A DNA stretch of 64,000 bases from Octopus vulgaris (lineage: Eukaryota): the NCBI GenBank assembly GCA_951406725.2, contig OX597823.1:31558001-31622000 (forward strand). The letters run 5' to 3'. The notes beneath the pieces are model-generated. The model was not told where the DNA came from and searched no databases. It saw only the letters and a program-made list of their open reading frames with translations. This document shows positions 1 through 13,815 of the stretch, in pieces. The translations under genes were made by a program, and so were the position numbers. The first letter of the stretch is position 1, and each line of letters begins with the position of its first letter.

Positions 1-400
1 ATAATATAGTAGGAAGTAAACGAGAATGTTAGGCTACAAAAGGATTTCTACGGTCATTGCGATCGTGTAATTGAAGCAAAAAGACCAGATATTGATATCG
101 ACAAGTTGAAAAGGAAAGACACTAAATAATGATTGATACAGCATTTCCAGGCGACAACAATGTGTGTAAGAAAGAAATAAAGCAGACTCAGAAATAGTAA
201 AGACCTGAAAAGAAGAATTGCAAAGGTATGCAATGTGAGCAAATTGTTAAAATTGTGCCCGTGGAAAAGGACAATCATCGTCGAATCAAGACGGAAATAA
301 AATCATAATTGAAGAAAATTAGGCTGAAAATCGAAGAGAATTATTTCAGAAAATTACATTACTAGAAGCCGCAAGGACCCTATGGAAGGTGATGATCGAA
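1..400 (+). mobile_element. Decayed 3' end of R4/Dong-like non-LTR retrotransposon (RLE domain)
   Basis: Manual translation gives ENVRLQKDFYGHCDRVIEAKRPDI ... LFQKITLLEAARTLWKV, matching the ILWDF-x-IQCD-RPD...LQK..LLGTARILRKVL pattern; stops and frameshifts; followed by (GAA)n. Confidence 0.7.
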
Positions 401-493
401 AATCGAACTGATGAAAGAATCTAAAAATGACCCTTTGGTCATTAGTTATGACTCACTCCTTAGGTTGCAAAAGCGACTCCAGATCTGCTTTCA

Positions 494-611
494 AGAAGAA
501 GAAGAAGAAGAAGAAGAAGAAGAAGAAGAAGAAGAAGAAGAAGAAGAAGAAGAAGAAGAAGAAGAAGAAGAAGAAGAAGAAGAAGAAGAAGAAGAAGAAG
601 AAGAAGAAGAA
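494..611 (+). repeat. (GAA)n microsatellite
   Basis: Perfect AAG run directly after the LINE 3' end. Confidence 0.98.
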
Positions 612-619
612 TTGTGTCT

Positions 620-870
620 AATTTAGGTACAAAGCCAGCAAAGTTTGAGGGAAGTTGGTTAATCAATAACGTCGATCCCAGTAATTCATTGGAATTGTGT
701 TTTATCAAACCAGGAGGAAGAGACCACTAAACTTAAGGAAAATTGGGGATATCTGATTATATCGACTCCAGTAGTAGACAGGTAATTAATTTTATCGACT
801 TGGACGAGATTCGAGCTTAGAACGTAAGCAGCCAGAAGAAATGCCGCAAAACATTTTGTTCAAAGCTCTA
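620..870 (-). mobile_element. Degenerate SINE family S2 copy/copies
   Basis: Remnants such as ttatcgac...agaacgtaa...gaaatgccgcaaaacatttt, shared with the copies at 20051-20530. Confidence 0.55.
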
Positions 871-904
871 AAGTCTTCAGGGATACACAAAACAGAAAGT
901 AAAA

Positions 905-1200
905 CATGGGAATTACTAACGCTTTAGGCCCACATTCTGCTGAAAAGATCACTGATCAAGTGGGTTTATGGTACCTCATGTTCCAACCTGCTCGCCATTT
1001 CTCTCATACTGTTTCATACATCCAAAGACTTCTGCTAACATTTCCTGCTTGGGTTGATATAGGAAAGCTTTTGCATCGTTACAATTGGCCCGTTTTACTA
1101 CATTATCATAATTTTCTATTAATTTTGTTAATATCATGTTCTTTGAGTGTCTCTACTATTCCGGCCACATTTCTTTCTCCGTAATCAGCACACATCCATA
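905..1200 (-). mobile_element. Possible highly decayed RTE-type LINE APE endonuclease N-terminus
   Basis: Minus-strand ...VAGIVETLKEHDI... resembles the GEIVE.L.RR.VDI APE start; weak. Confidence 0.3.
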
Positions 1201-1362
1201 ATTCCACTCATACCACAAATGTTATGCTGCCTGGTATTATTTTCGTTCATCATCTTCCTCGTCATCACTATATATGTGTGTGTATGTGTATATGTAATAT
1301 ATGTAATATATATATGTGTGTATGTGTGTGTGTGTGTGTGTGTGCGTGCGTTTGTGTGTACA

Positions 1363-1418
<56 letters not shown>

Positions 1419-1853
1419 ATTTACGTACGCATAATTTGAATCCAAAATTATAAATAAATATTCACCCTTTGACTAAGCAAAGTTACCAGACGATTTTATG
1501 CAACGCCAAAATTCCCGAAGCAGGAAATAAGAACAAAACAATCCTTAAATAGGTTTAGTCCAAATTTTTGCTTAAAAATATCTGACTTTGTGTGAAATTT
1601 TCAAGTAACTTTGCGTAGCTCTCCAAATTGCATCCAAGTTATGTATTCTTGGTTATTTATATTGAATACGCTCTTTTTTTCGGTAACAATGCATATGCAC
1701 TGGAAACTTTATTGCTCACAACGATGGTTTCGACACATCCTGCATCGATCCACTGTGGATGGGAAGCTAGACAAGTATGTATGTATGTATGTGTGTATGT
1801 ATGTATGTATGTATGTATGTATGTATATATGTATGTATGCATATATATATATA

Positions 1854-3129
1854 TTGGGTCATCCCATAAATAATGCAGTTTTTTATACTTCACTTATTTT
1901 TCAAAATTAAGATAAATAAAGTTGTTTTTTAAATCGAAAATATATTTTTTATTTTCTACAATGCTCTTCGATTTATCTGGTCGACTTGCAAGGCCCCTCT
2001 TCCAAAATACACTTGTCCGTGATGAGAAATACTCCTCCAGTATTGTTCTGACCTCATCTACAGAATTCAGGTTTTTTCCGTCTAAATGATTTTGAAGACT
2101 GCAGAATAAATGATAATCAGATGGTGCAATGTCTGGCGAATATGGTGGGTGGGGCATCATTTCCCATTCAAACTGCTTCAGCCTTTGGAATGTTATCCTT
2201 GCTGTATGTGGTCAAGCATTATCCTGATGGAAGAATGCCTTTCGTCTTGGAACCAAAGATGGTCGTTTTTCTTTTACCGCTGACTTAAGCCGCTCAAGCT
2301 ACTCGCAGTAGATCTTCTTTGTTATTGTTTGGTATGGGTTTAAAAGTTCAAAGTGGATAAAACTTTCATATCCCACCAAACAGATAACAGCATCTTACGT
2401 GAATGAAGACCTGGGGTGCCGGTGTTTCCTCTTTCCTTACCCACTGTCTTTGGCACTTGGCATTTTTATAGAAAACCCATTCCTCGTCACCAGTCACGAT
2501 TCAGTCCAAAAAAGGTTCATTCATGAAACATAACAGCAAAGAAGAGCACACATTCACTCTCTGCATGCGATTAGACTCAAAATGTTTGTGATGAACCCAT
2601 TGACCCAATTTGCTGACTTTTCCGATGGCACACAGATGTCTATGAATGGTTGAATGACCAAATCCAAGCTTCTCTGCTAGTTCCTCAACAGTTACGATGA
2701 GATTTTGTTCCACCAGTGTTTGCAGGACATCCTGGTCAAGATCTACAGATCTTCCAGGACGCGGCTCGTCTTCTAGGCTATAGTTTCTGACTCAGAATTT
2801 CTGGAATTACCGCTGACACAGGCTTATACTTATTATCCGATCCCCCATATACTGCATTAATATTCCTCGCACTTTCCGTTGCGTTGTAGCATCTATTGAA
2901 CTCATAAAGTAAAATATACCGAATATGCTCCTTTGACACTACCATTATAGCTTTGAAAAAAAATAACTGTTAAGATCGAACTGCACTCTTCAAAGCTTAC
3001 ACTAAGAATAAGGACAAGGTAAAATTACAACCTGCTTTTATAACAAGATGATGCGAGTAGTTTATCCCATCCCCCTCCAAGTCTTGGCTCATGCAATTGA
3101 AAAATACGCGTTATTTAGGAGATGACCCA

Positions 3130-3130
<1 letters not shown>
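1854..3130 (-). mobile_element. Full-length (~1.28 kb) decayed mariner transposon
   Basis: Imperfect TIRs TTGGGTCATCCCATAAATAATGC / rc TTGGGTCATCTCCTAAATAACGC, flanked by TA within (TA)n. Confidence 0.93.
1930..2945 (-). pseudogene. Mariner DD34D-type transposase pseudogene
   Basis: MVVSKEHIRYILLYEF start, WVHHK (WVPHEL), HQDNA*PH and HPPYSPDIAPSDYHLF motifs; multiple stops and frameshifts. Confidence 0.92.
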
Positions 3131-3197
<67 letters not shown>

Positions 3198-3258
3198 GTA
3201 TATATATATGTATATATATATGTATATATATATGTATATATATATGTATATATATATG

Positions 3259-3348
<90 letters not shown>

Positions 3349-3808
3349 CACATATGTATATGTATCTATGTATGTATATTTATACATTTAGTATTACGTA
3401 AAAAAGTGTGTTTGCTCATTCCAGTCCCTCGTGCTTACACTACTATACATATTCTGCGGATATTCACAGATTTCCGGATGTATCTTCCATAATGCGATCG
3501 GTTCTCAGTGTAAAATCGTGCCTGGGAACCGATACGAGTAAACGAGCTTTCTAAAGCAGACTGCGAAGTTTATAACCAAATTGAATTGATGTGTGCGTGT
3601 GTGTGTGGGAGTGTGTGTGTGTGTGTGCACATTTGCATGTGTGTCTCTGTGTGCATGTGTTTATGTGCGTCCGTTTGTATGTGTGTGTGTGTAAGATGTG
3701 TGTGTGGGTGGGCGTAAGTGTGTGTGCGTGCATGCGCTTAAATGTATGTGTAAGATGAGTGTTTGTGTTTGAGCGTGGTTGTATGTGTGTGTGCGTGTAT
3801 GTGAGTGC

Positions 3809-3880
<72 letters not shown>

Positions 3881-4076
3881 GTGTGTGTGTGTACGCGTGT
3901 GAAACAGAACTCAATACATAAAAGCTACATTGTTTAAGCTAAGAAGCTACATCAGTGACTCAAGGGCCTAGACTTTCGTTCCGGAACACGTATCAGTTTC
4001 ATAAGTGCTCTTGCACGAAATTCTAAGTACTTGAGTTTTTAGAAATAGCTTCTCGTCTACAAATACCACTAATATG

Positions 4077-4120
<44 letters not shown>

Positions 4121-4215
4121 ATGTATGTATGTATGTATGTATGTATGTATGTATGTATGTATGTATGTATGTATGTATGTATGTATGTATGTATGTATGT
4201 ATGTATGCATGTATG

Positions 4216-4251
<36 letters not shown>

Positions 4252-4272
4252 TGTACGTATGTATGTATGTGT

Positions 4273-4331
<59 letters not shown>

Positions 4332-4534
4332 TCTTTCGTGATGAAAACAGTGAGATTGCTTTCCTAGCACAACTTAACTATGGCGGTGCAATTTCATGTG
4401 ATGTAGGAACTCTTTAGTGAAAAAGAGAAAAAAGAAAAAGAAGTTCCGAAAAATAGCGTAGGTAAATACTAACACACATGTAACAACAACAACTGCAGCA
4501 GCAACAGCAACAGCATTCGTACAGCATCACTGTA

Positions 4535-4535
4535 G

Positions 4536-4619
<84 letters not shown>

Positions 4620-4644
4620 CAGCAGCAGCAGCAGCAGTAGTAGC

Positions 4645-4678
<34 letters not shown>
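4535..4678 (+). repeat. Compound (CAT)(CAG)(TAG) microsatellite
   Basis: Seen directly. Confidence 0.95.
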
Positions 4679-5106
4679 AATAATGCCTGTTTAATCGTGA
4701 CTGTGAGTTTCTTTGAAGTTTGCAAGAGCGAGAGAAACTGAAAAAAACAGAGAGAGAGAGAGTGAGAGAGAGAGAAAGGGAGAGAGTGAGAGGGAAACAG
4801 AGAAATATTGAAAATAACATTTGTCTTACAGTTATATAATTTTCAGTTAATACTCTTTATTTGGCGTGTATCTTCCATTACAAAATGTCAAAGGTGAGAG
4901 GTCGGGCTTTTTTGTTTTATCACTTTACTCATTTCTTATATGAGTGTATGTGTGTTCGAGCGCGTCTCTATGCGCGTGTGTGTATAATATAATATAATTA
5001 TTTATACATGCATACATGCATATATATATATATATCTATATATATATATATATATATATATACACGCACATATATATATCAATGCATATTTACGTAAACA
5101 CACACA

Positions 5107-5168
<62 letters not shown>

Positions 5169-5246
5169 TGTATGTATATATATATAAATATATATATATA
5201 TACACGCACATATATATATCAATGCATATTTACGTAAACACACACA

Positions 5247-5295
<49 letters not shown>

Positions 5296-6451
5296 TATAT
5301 ATTTATATATATAAATATATATATATGCATGTATGTATATATATATATATATAAATATATATATATATGCATGTATGTATGTATATGCATGTATGTATAT
5401 ATACACACATGCTTATACATACATTCATGCTTGTAATTGTTTCTGTATATTTCGTTTGATTTTTATTGAGTCTGTTGTTGTTTCAAATCTTCTCTCTTTT
5501 GCTTCTTTTATGTCTATTAAGTGTAAATTGATTTCTAGGAGAAAGAGAGATGCTGTGGGTGTTGTGCGTTGCTGGTATGTCAGCCTCCTGGCCTGAAGCC
5601 ACGAACTTCAATTGCTATGATCAAAAGTTGTCACAATATCTTCGACAAATACACTTCACTCTCAATACAATAATACTGTACCTTTCTCTGTGTAAATAGA
5701 CAGTAGGGGTCATCAGGTTCAGTCTGCTTCTACAATGATAATAATATAAAAATTGACATGCGGTTCGTTATTTCATATCCTCCTGTGGCAAACTATTGAA
5801 CTGAAGCGAACAGCTTTTAAACCAGATGATGTTGCGTTTTTTCTGTTTGTTTTGTTGCCCCTTGCGCTAGCATTAAAAAAATGAGGTCTTTTCTTTATAA
5901 AATAATGTCGTAATAGCTATCAGCTTTATCGAAAGTTTAACATGTATTAGATATTTTTCTTCTTAAGTTGTTAAATATCATCTCATTCTAGCACCGACTT
6001 GAATTTTCTTTGCACAATTACAAAATATTTCCAGTCAAGTATAAGTACTGTAAGCTGCTTAACAAAATAAACATAAAGATCAGTTACAGTTGTCAAAAAA
6101 ATGTCAGAAACGTACTAATGACTAAACTTTAAAGGGACAAAGAGAACAACCTAAAGAAAGCTTAATGCAATTTCAAGGTAAAAGAGAACTGTCTTCATAA
6201 TGAAAAATTAGTTAAAGAAAGCTATTATCTATCTAACATTTCAGGAGTCAACAATAAAATATATTAGCATGTGCGAAGGCAAATTTAAAAACCGTTTCTT
6301 CAAACACAGATGTATCTTCGCAAATGCGAAAACCAAAAGGTACAATCTTATCATGGTATATATAGATGGCATTTGCAAAATGCCATACAAACATTATCAC
6401 ACACATACACACACGCAGACGTGCATACGCACGCACTCGCACGCGCGTACG

Positions 6452-6493
<42 letters not shown>

Positions 6494-7022
6494 CCCACAC
6501 ACGCACAAAACCACTAGATCGCTTCCCAGGCACATATACAAAATGCGTAGAGATTTTCTCTTAGCTAAACGATTGAAAATAGACACCTGAAGGCAGTAAA
6601 ACTTTTCAATGGGTTCTGTTCTGCGGAGATGCTTAGACAATCACAAATCTCGGTCTATGAAATTTATTTCTCCCAACAGTGTTGTCACGCATGCTCATCC
6701 CCGACCAAAAGGAATTCGAAACTAACGCAAATACCATCTTAATCCTTTGCTTCATTATAGACAAAACTTGACTCTGTTCGACTTCATTTTATTCTATTAC
6801 AAAATATGCCTGCATTATCAATGCTACTTTTATTCAAATTTTAAATTCACAGTGCTTCATACAATTCTTCAAAATAATTTACATACATTTTGCCATAATA
6901 CTTAAAAAAGTATTTCGACTTTTTCAGGTAGCCATTAACATCATGACGAGTATGAAATGACATCTTAAAAGTGGAGACCAAATAATCAAAGAATTAAAAG
7001 AGCCGTCACCGTATCCTACTTA

Positions 7023-7326
7023 TATACACTGTTGATCGGCCAGTTACTGAGGTTTCCGTCCTAAGATAATCTCTCTCAGAGACAATAAAAACACAATATC
7101 AAGGGGAGGCGAAAATCGCCCCAGCGGCAGCCAACGAGACGTTGTTGATGTATACTCGCAACCAGTCACATGCCTGGACGAGAATTCGTCTATCATTCTC
7201 GTTGGTTGTTGCTACGGCAATTTTTCGTCTCCCTCCGATACTTATTGTTTTTAATACTGAACGTGCTTTTAAGAGATGTTATCTCAGAACGAATACCGGC
7301 TGTGACTGGCCTATCAATTGTGTATA
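7023..7326. mobile_element. Old ~300-bp foldback/MITE (imperfect palindrome)
   Basis: Left tatacactgttgatcggccagttac...gggaggcgaaaatcgcc...ccaacgaga mirrors the rc of the right arm tatacacaattgataggccagtcac...gggagacgaaaaattgcc...ccaacgaga; TA ends. Confidence 0.75.
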
Positions 7327-8373
7327 ATACTCTAGGTGTGATACACAGATGTTTATTTTAACTTAATACTGCCTCAGTTGCGTATATCGGAGCCAAAGAA
7401 TTTCATTTACCAAACCATTACTACGGAAAATTAAACCCAAAATTATCGCATGGAAGGGAATAATTCATATCGAAAGGTTTCGACCGGAGGAGATGCTTGT
7501 ATGAGGCTCGGAATTCTGCTGATATGGTTGGTTGCATGCAGGCAACCCCGCCCAAAAGAAAAGCGAAACTAATTTCAAATTTGTCTGAACTTTCTGTTTC
7601 TTGGGTAGGAATTTCGAAGCCCCAAATATCGTCAAAGGGAAATACATTTTATGAAAAACATTTTTTGCATTCTCGCTGATTTCATTTCTGCCAACACTGA
7701 CTACAAGTATGTAATTGCAGCCAATAACACGGGCTTTTTTTTTTTTTTTTTTTGAGGCCTGGTTGCAATTCATTTACTTTCGTTCAGAGTTTGGTGGTCG
7801 TCTTAGAGGTGCCCTGTGTCAAAAAATATCATTCATAGCAGACGTTCTCTCGACATCGTTCACATGCGCCTGACTCGGACTCGGGAGTTACAGCCCGACT
7901 TGTATTCTATAATCGTAAAAATTAAAAGTAATTCAAAATTCAACGTTTTCTTGAAACAATAAATTTCTATAGAGATTAGGATTTAAATTCCAATCTATGA
8001 AAAGTTACCGTTCTACAATATTCTTACAGGAACGAAAAATTATCCAGCAACTCGGGCAAATACGAATGAGCCTGGTGGATGTAAAAAAGTAGGTGACAGT
8101 CAGATCGCTGCTGTTTGCTGTGCACTCCGCTGTCGTTATTTGATTGCTGTTATTCTGTGCGTCTGTGTGGAGAGAAGAGTTGTGCTTTGCAGACTTGCTT
8201 TATTTTTACCCTTACCTTAGAAATGAAGAAAAAAATATAGTGCTAGATAAAAAACAAAAAGCCATTTGGGGTTAGAAATATTGCAGAAAAATGTGAAATT
8301 CTTCGAGCAGGCATGTCTTATGCGAAATCTGTGATAAGCCCGAGTGACGCTGATGGCCTGCAATCCCCTCTGA

Positions 8374-8407
<34 letters not shown>

Positions 8408-8852
8408 CAACACACAGAGGTGGACTGCAAGCAGTTTGCTTATGCAAATGCTGTCAATTATTAAAGGGTCCGCATAGGGGACACCGATAGGTTTCACAGA
8501 TCATCAGAAGAGAATGCGCTCCATTTCGGCGCCCCCTTCTCGGCAGTTTTACAGCGCATCTGCCCGTTGATGTTAAGTCATTCATTGAAAATGAGGAGTC
8601 ATAGAGATCTGATTTGCTATATTGGCAATCAGCTACCAGCCGCATAATTATGCATCACTTCACTAACCAGGTTTCACACACACGCGCGCGCGCGCTTACA
8701 TTTATACATACATACCTATATGTATATATTGTTTACGCAGAGAGAGTGAAAGAGAAATAGATAGATGCATAGTCATGCATGATTGTACGCATATGTGAGT
8801 ATGTATATACGTCATATACATGCATGTATATGTATCTATATTTATCTATCCA

Positions 8853-8907
<55 letters not shown>

Positions 8908-8979
8908 GTGTGTGTGTGTAGGTACAGGTGTGTGGTGAGAAGCTTGTTTGCCAGCCACAGGGTTCCGGGTTCTGCGTGG

Positions 8980-9445
8980 CAGCTGGAGGCAACTGCAAGA
9001 GTTACAGGGAATATGAGACCGAGAATAGACAAACGATACAGAAGTGGACATACGAAAGAGGAGAATGAATGTAATTCAAGACGAGGTCGCTAGTGGACGG
9101 ATGGGGTACTAAAACAGAATGAATAAAAAAAAACAGAATGCAGCCTTAAGGCCAGATGCAAAGGAAGCATGGGTAACGCTTAGAGGGAAATCCTAAAGAA
9201 TTTGGAACATAAGGGCAACAGATATCGTAACAGGCTGAAATGGAGACTAGAGTTGCAGGGACTCGCAGGCGCCTCCAGCTGGAAAGTAATTTTATCGTTA
9301 AAGGCATGAAATTGCGTCAAACCCTCTGATCGATAACTGATGAGAAATTGGGGACCTTCTGTATCTGTTTTCCGTTCGTCTGTGCATTTGATATATGTTT
9401 ATACCTTACGATTCTGTGTCTGTTTTTCGTTTGTGCATTTACTAT
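8980..9445 (+). mobile_element. Penelope-pLTR-like repeat carrying a permuted HHR; 5' part inverted; same family as 58765-59650
   Basis: Shared motifs attcaagacgag, tagtggacgga, gtggacatacga, gggtaacgc, atcctaaag and ttatcgttaaaggc...aactgatga. Confidence 0.6.
9286..9344 (+). ncRNA. Non-circularly permuted hammerhead-like ribozyme (family X1)
   Basis: GTAAT-T-TTATCG ... T-GAA-ATTGC ... CGATAA-CTGATGA-G; stem III GTAAT/ATTGC, stem I TTATCG/CGATAA. Confidence 0.7.
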
Positions 9446-9505
9446 ACATTTTTTTCACTTATTAAACAACAGAAAGCAACACCCTTTAGTTTCATTCACA
9501 GTAAG

Positions 9506-9543
<38 letters not shown>

Positions 9544-9821
9544 GAGTGAGAGGGGAGACAAACAAACCGACAAATAGAGACATAAAGATTAGATACATAC
9601 GAATGTAATTATACACTCACACACGCGCGAGCACACACAAGCACGCATTTCTATCTTCTTATCTCTTGGCGACATCTAATTTATTACATGTCACTCTTGA
9701 CTGATCCTATCATTTTCTTTTTTCCACCAGAATATATTTATAAGTAGGTATATGTATCCATATATACATATACATGTACATGTGTGTGTATGTGTGTGTG
9801 TTCTTTTATTCTTTAATATAC

Positions 9822-10018
9822 ATTTTTACTTGTTTCAGTTATTTGGCTGTGGCCATGCTGCAGCACCGCCTTTAGTCGAACAAATCGAGCCCAGATCTTA
9901 TTCTTTGTAAGCCCATTACTTATACCATCGATCTCTTTTGTCAAACTATGTTACGGGTACGTAAACACATGAACATCGACTGTCAAGCGGTTTTGGGGGA
10001 ACAAACACAGACACACAA
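9822..10018 (-). mobile_element. SINE family S1, 3' half
   Basis: Matches the S1 tail ggcggtgct.cagcatggccacag...ctgaaacaagtaaaa. Confidence 0.85.
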
Positions 10019-10029
10019 GTATATATATA

Positions 10030-10077
<48 letters not shown>

Positions 10078-10316
10078 AGAGTGAAAGAGGGAGAACAAAC
10101 TTCTTCATCCACATTAGTTTGTACGTTAAACGTGAAACTAGTTTTGTATTGATCACAGTAACTAATAAAATACACTTTATCTAATTCGCCTACCTTACAT
10201 CGTACCAAGGAGAAAAGTCCGTTTGTTTTTATTTAATTTTTTTAAAAAACAACGGTTATTCAACACGTATAGAGTTGACTTTAACTGCTCTTTCTCCCTC
10301 TCTTTGTCTATATATA

Positions 10317-10583
10317 TCACCGTGATCACCGTGACCGACCAGGCTATCAGATGTTGCTACACATCGCATTGTTTTAGCCTTCAAATGACGCCACCGCGCT
10401 GGCTAAGCGAGCAGGCCAACAGAAGAAAGAGTGAGAGAAAGTTGTGGAGAAAGAGTATAGCAGGGATCGCCACCATCCACTGCCGGAGCCTCGTGGAGCT
10501 TTAGGTGGAGCTCAATAAACACTCACAACGCCCGGTCTGGAAATCGAAACCGCGATCCTACGACCGGGCCATTGCACCTCCAC
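10317..10583 (-). mobile_element. tRNA-derived SINE family S3 (tail type a)
   Basis: Head gtggaggtgcaatggccc...gtttcgatttccagaccgggcg shared with the 12055 and 16913 copies. Confidence 0.85.
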
Positions 10584-12054
10584 ACTTTCGGGTAAGATTT
10601 TCTTACTGGGCCATTGCGCCTCCACACTTGTTCCCGGCACCCTTAGTCACTTTTAGTAACGGTATACATATGTGTATGTATGTATGTATGTATGTATGTA
10701 TGTATGTATGTATGTATGTATGCAGGTATTTACGCAGACACACGCACACATATATAAATATACATACATGCATGCATACATACATACGTATACCTGCATA
10801 TATATCCAATATCCTATGTAATTTTGTTTTTAAGCTTTCAGGAGTCACCGGGAATCTTCGTAAATGGATCACCACTTCACGCTATTACTATAAATCAATA
10901 ACTAAATTAAACTTCAAAGTGAGACAGAATATGTAAGGCAATGTAATAAATGAAAACAAAGATAAAATATATTGTATTACCTTATATAAGTTTTTCAAAG
11001 ATTCTATTACATTTCGGGTAAGATTTTCCTTTTCAAATATAAGGCAGTAAATAATCAAAGTCTTTGGAGAAATGTATTTAACGGGCAAGCCATTTTAATG
11101 TTTTGAATTCTGATGAAATGAAAATATGATTATCAATCTCTTTATGGTATTTTGGTATTTATTAACATTTTTTTGTTTCTTCTGCTCAAATTAAAAATTT
11201 AATAAAATGGTAATTACAAAGCTATGCTTACACACCGAATAATATATTGATCATAATTGTTTGCAGATATTGTTTCTTTTCACATGTTCCAAACATGTGC
11301 AGCATACATGTTTCGTGTGTTTTTTCTACATGTCTTACACATCATATCCATCGTGTTTGAAACATAATCAACCAGCAAACTAATGTTCCGTTGACCTTTC
11401 TATCTTCCCGCCATTAACGCACACTTTTTCATCTTTGAACTTATCGTAGTCGTCGAGAAAATATTTCAACTACTAATGTCGGGAAAGTCTTAACACTAAA
11501 ACATGCATGTAATTTTTACGAAAGGCTATCCATCATATTTACACTTCGCTGTTTGCAGTAATCAAGTGATTACATATTTCTAAACGAGTTTTCAGCAACA
11601 ATCTTGGCTCGGTTTCTAACTCAACTTCAGGTATTCATTCCTCAGCGGTGTCATTTTCCATCGGTTCCATAATTTGTGATCCAATAAAAATGACGGCTTT
11701 TAATTTTGCTATCAATTGGAGGTGAAAGGTAATAGAACGCGCTTCCATCTTCATTAAGAGAATCTACGAATGTTTTATGCATCATATCTGTGTATGTGTG
11801 TGTGTATGCGTGCGTGTGTCTGTTTACACACACATACATATATCGAAAGAGAAATAGACAGACAGTCAGACAGATAGATTCGTAATTTCCTATAACGAAT
11901 ATATATACATGTCATATATTGTGTGTGTGAGTGTGTGTATGTATATGTGTGTGAAAGGAGGATATCTCGTAGGGCCTATAAAAGTGATGATATATAATTT
12001 TTGTTCTAAAAATGCAAACGGAATCGCATGTTATATATCGATATTCAGTCATTA

Positions 12055-12446
12055 GAATTCCACTCGTGGCACTCCGTCGGTTACGACGACGACGGTTCCA
12101 GTTGATCCGATCAACGGAACATGCTCCTCGTGAAATTAACGTGCAAGTGGCTGAGCACTCCACAGACGCGTGTACCCTTAACGTAGTTCTCGGGGGGAAG
12201 ATTCAGCGTGACACAGAGTGTCACAAGGCTGGCCCCTTTGAAATACAAGTACAACAGAAAGAGGAAGAAAGAGTGAAAGTTGTAGTGAAAGAGTACAACA
12301 GGGTTTGCCACCACCCCACGCCGGAACCTCGTGAAGCTTTAGGTGTTTTCACTCAATACACTCTCACAACGCCCGGTTTGGGAATCGAAACCGCGATCCT
12401 ATGACCACGAGTCCGCTGCCCTAACCACTGGGCCATTGCACCTCCA
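12055..12446 (-). mobile_element. tRNA-derived SINE family S3 (tail type b)
   Basis: A-box TGGCCCAGTGG, B-box GTTTCGATTCC; shared middle, distinct tail. Confidence 0.88.
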
Positions 12447-12771
12447 CAGATCTCCACTGTTCCAATGCTTTTAGAGCGGTGCCTTAGTCTGAACTCCTGA
12501 TCTTAAAATAACTTTACGTACTTCTGCAAGAATTGCCATAACATTTTTTGAGATCCTGGCAGAAGGACGTAAACCAGTTTCCCTATACCGCCGGCAAAAG
12601 AGCATCTTATTGCCTTTGAACCACGCAAACTAATCAATTGTGTAATTGATAATTTATAGTAATTTTCAAAACATTCCAAGCAATCACATGTTTCAAAAAC
12701 GGTAAGAATGATGTTGTTAATGCTATGGTAATCACAACCATCACCTCTACTATTAGTACAACCACCGCAGT

Positions 12772-12772
<1 letters not shown>

Positions 12773-12837
<65 letters not shown>

Positions 12838-12850
12838 GACTACTACTATA
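12773..12850 (+). repeat. (CTA)n microsatellite
   Basis: Seen directly. Confidence 0.95.
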
Positions 12851-13424
12851 TCTAATACCAGTGCCACCACCACCAGCATAACCTTACTACTTTTTATCAC
12901 ACAACCACGACAACACTACTACTACTACTGCTACTGCTACTGCTACTGCTACTACAACTGCTGCTGCCACGACTTATGTCACTACTGCTGCCCTTGCTGC
13001 TACTGCTTTAAGACATTGTTTATGTTCATTGTTGTCCATTTATCTTTAGTATTTATCGATCACATAAATTTGATTGATTGTGTTTCAGTCGAAATCTCAT
13101 TTCAAGCTTAAATCCACAACTCTGTGATGTTAACGGCTGCTATTTCCATTTGTTTCCTGTCACTTTTGAGTGTTCTCTTCAACATTTTACATTAGATCCA
13201 TCTAATGTATTCCTAATGTACAAATAACAATTTGTTTTTAAAGTATCTTTTTGGCTTTTTATCTCAGCCAATATTTTCGTTCCTTGCTTGCTATTACGTA
13301 AATTTGTCTCGTGTTGTGTTAAGTTAGATTATGTGAGAGAGTAAACAGAACTTATGACGTGTGTGTGTGTATATATGTATGCATGTATGTTTGTATGTCT
13401 AATATTATGCATATATATATATAC

Positions 13425-13456
<32 letters not shown>

Positions 13457-13477
13457 GTATTTATGTATGTGTATATA

Positions 13478-13570
13478 TAGGATGACCGAGTGGTCTAAAA
13501 CGCTGCATTCAATGCGTTCAGATTGAAATCGGATCTTCCTAGCGTGAGTTCGAATTTACATGCATCCACT
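13478..13570 (+). pseudogene. tRNA-Leu-like pseudogene / SINE head
   Basis: AGGATGACCGAGTGGTCTAAAACGCTGC...TGCGTTCAG...GCGTGAGTTCGAAT resembles tRNA-Leu(CAG); acceptor stem broken. Confidence 0.6.
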
Positions 13571-13733
13571 AGTGTAGCTAGAAGCTTTCCTTTTCTGACT
13601 GGCCAGCATCTCCCACGCATCGATGAGCGTCATAAACACTTCGATGTATAAAACGCTAAAGTTAGCTATTCGAGTTTAGCAAATGTCACTAACAACATCG
13701 CACGCTACAACAAAAACGAACACGCATATACAG

Positions 13734-13815
<82 letters not shown>

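Noticed and set aside
1705-1760. Minus-strand stem II + GAAAC + near-palindromic stem III
   Set aside because: 5' core unrecognisable; at most a dead HHR
3922-4030. Two HHR-like hairpins (CTGATGT-AGCT..AGCT-TAAAC; GTGC-tctt-GCAC-GAAA)
   Set aside because: Core mutated and stem I absent
5540-5700. Possible host exon (ttctag|GAG...MLWVLCVAG)
   Set aside because: No recognisable domain and no consistent partner exons
13478-13570. Functional tRNA-Leu gene
   Set aside because: Acceptor and T stems broken, internal duplication; treated as pseudogene/SINE head
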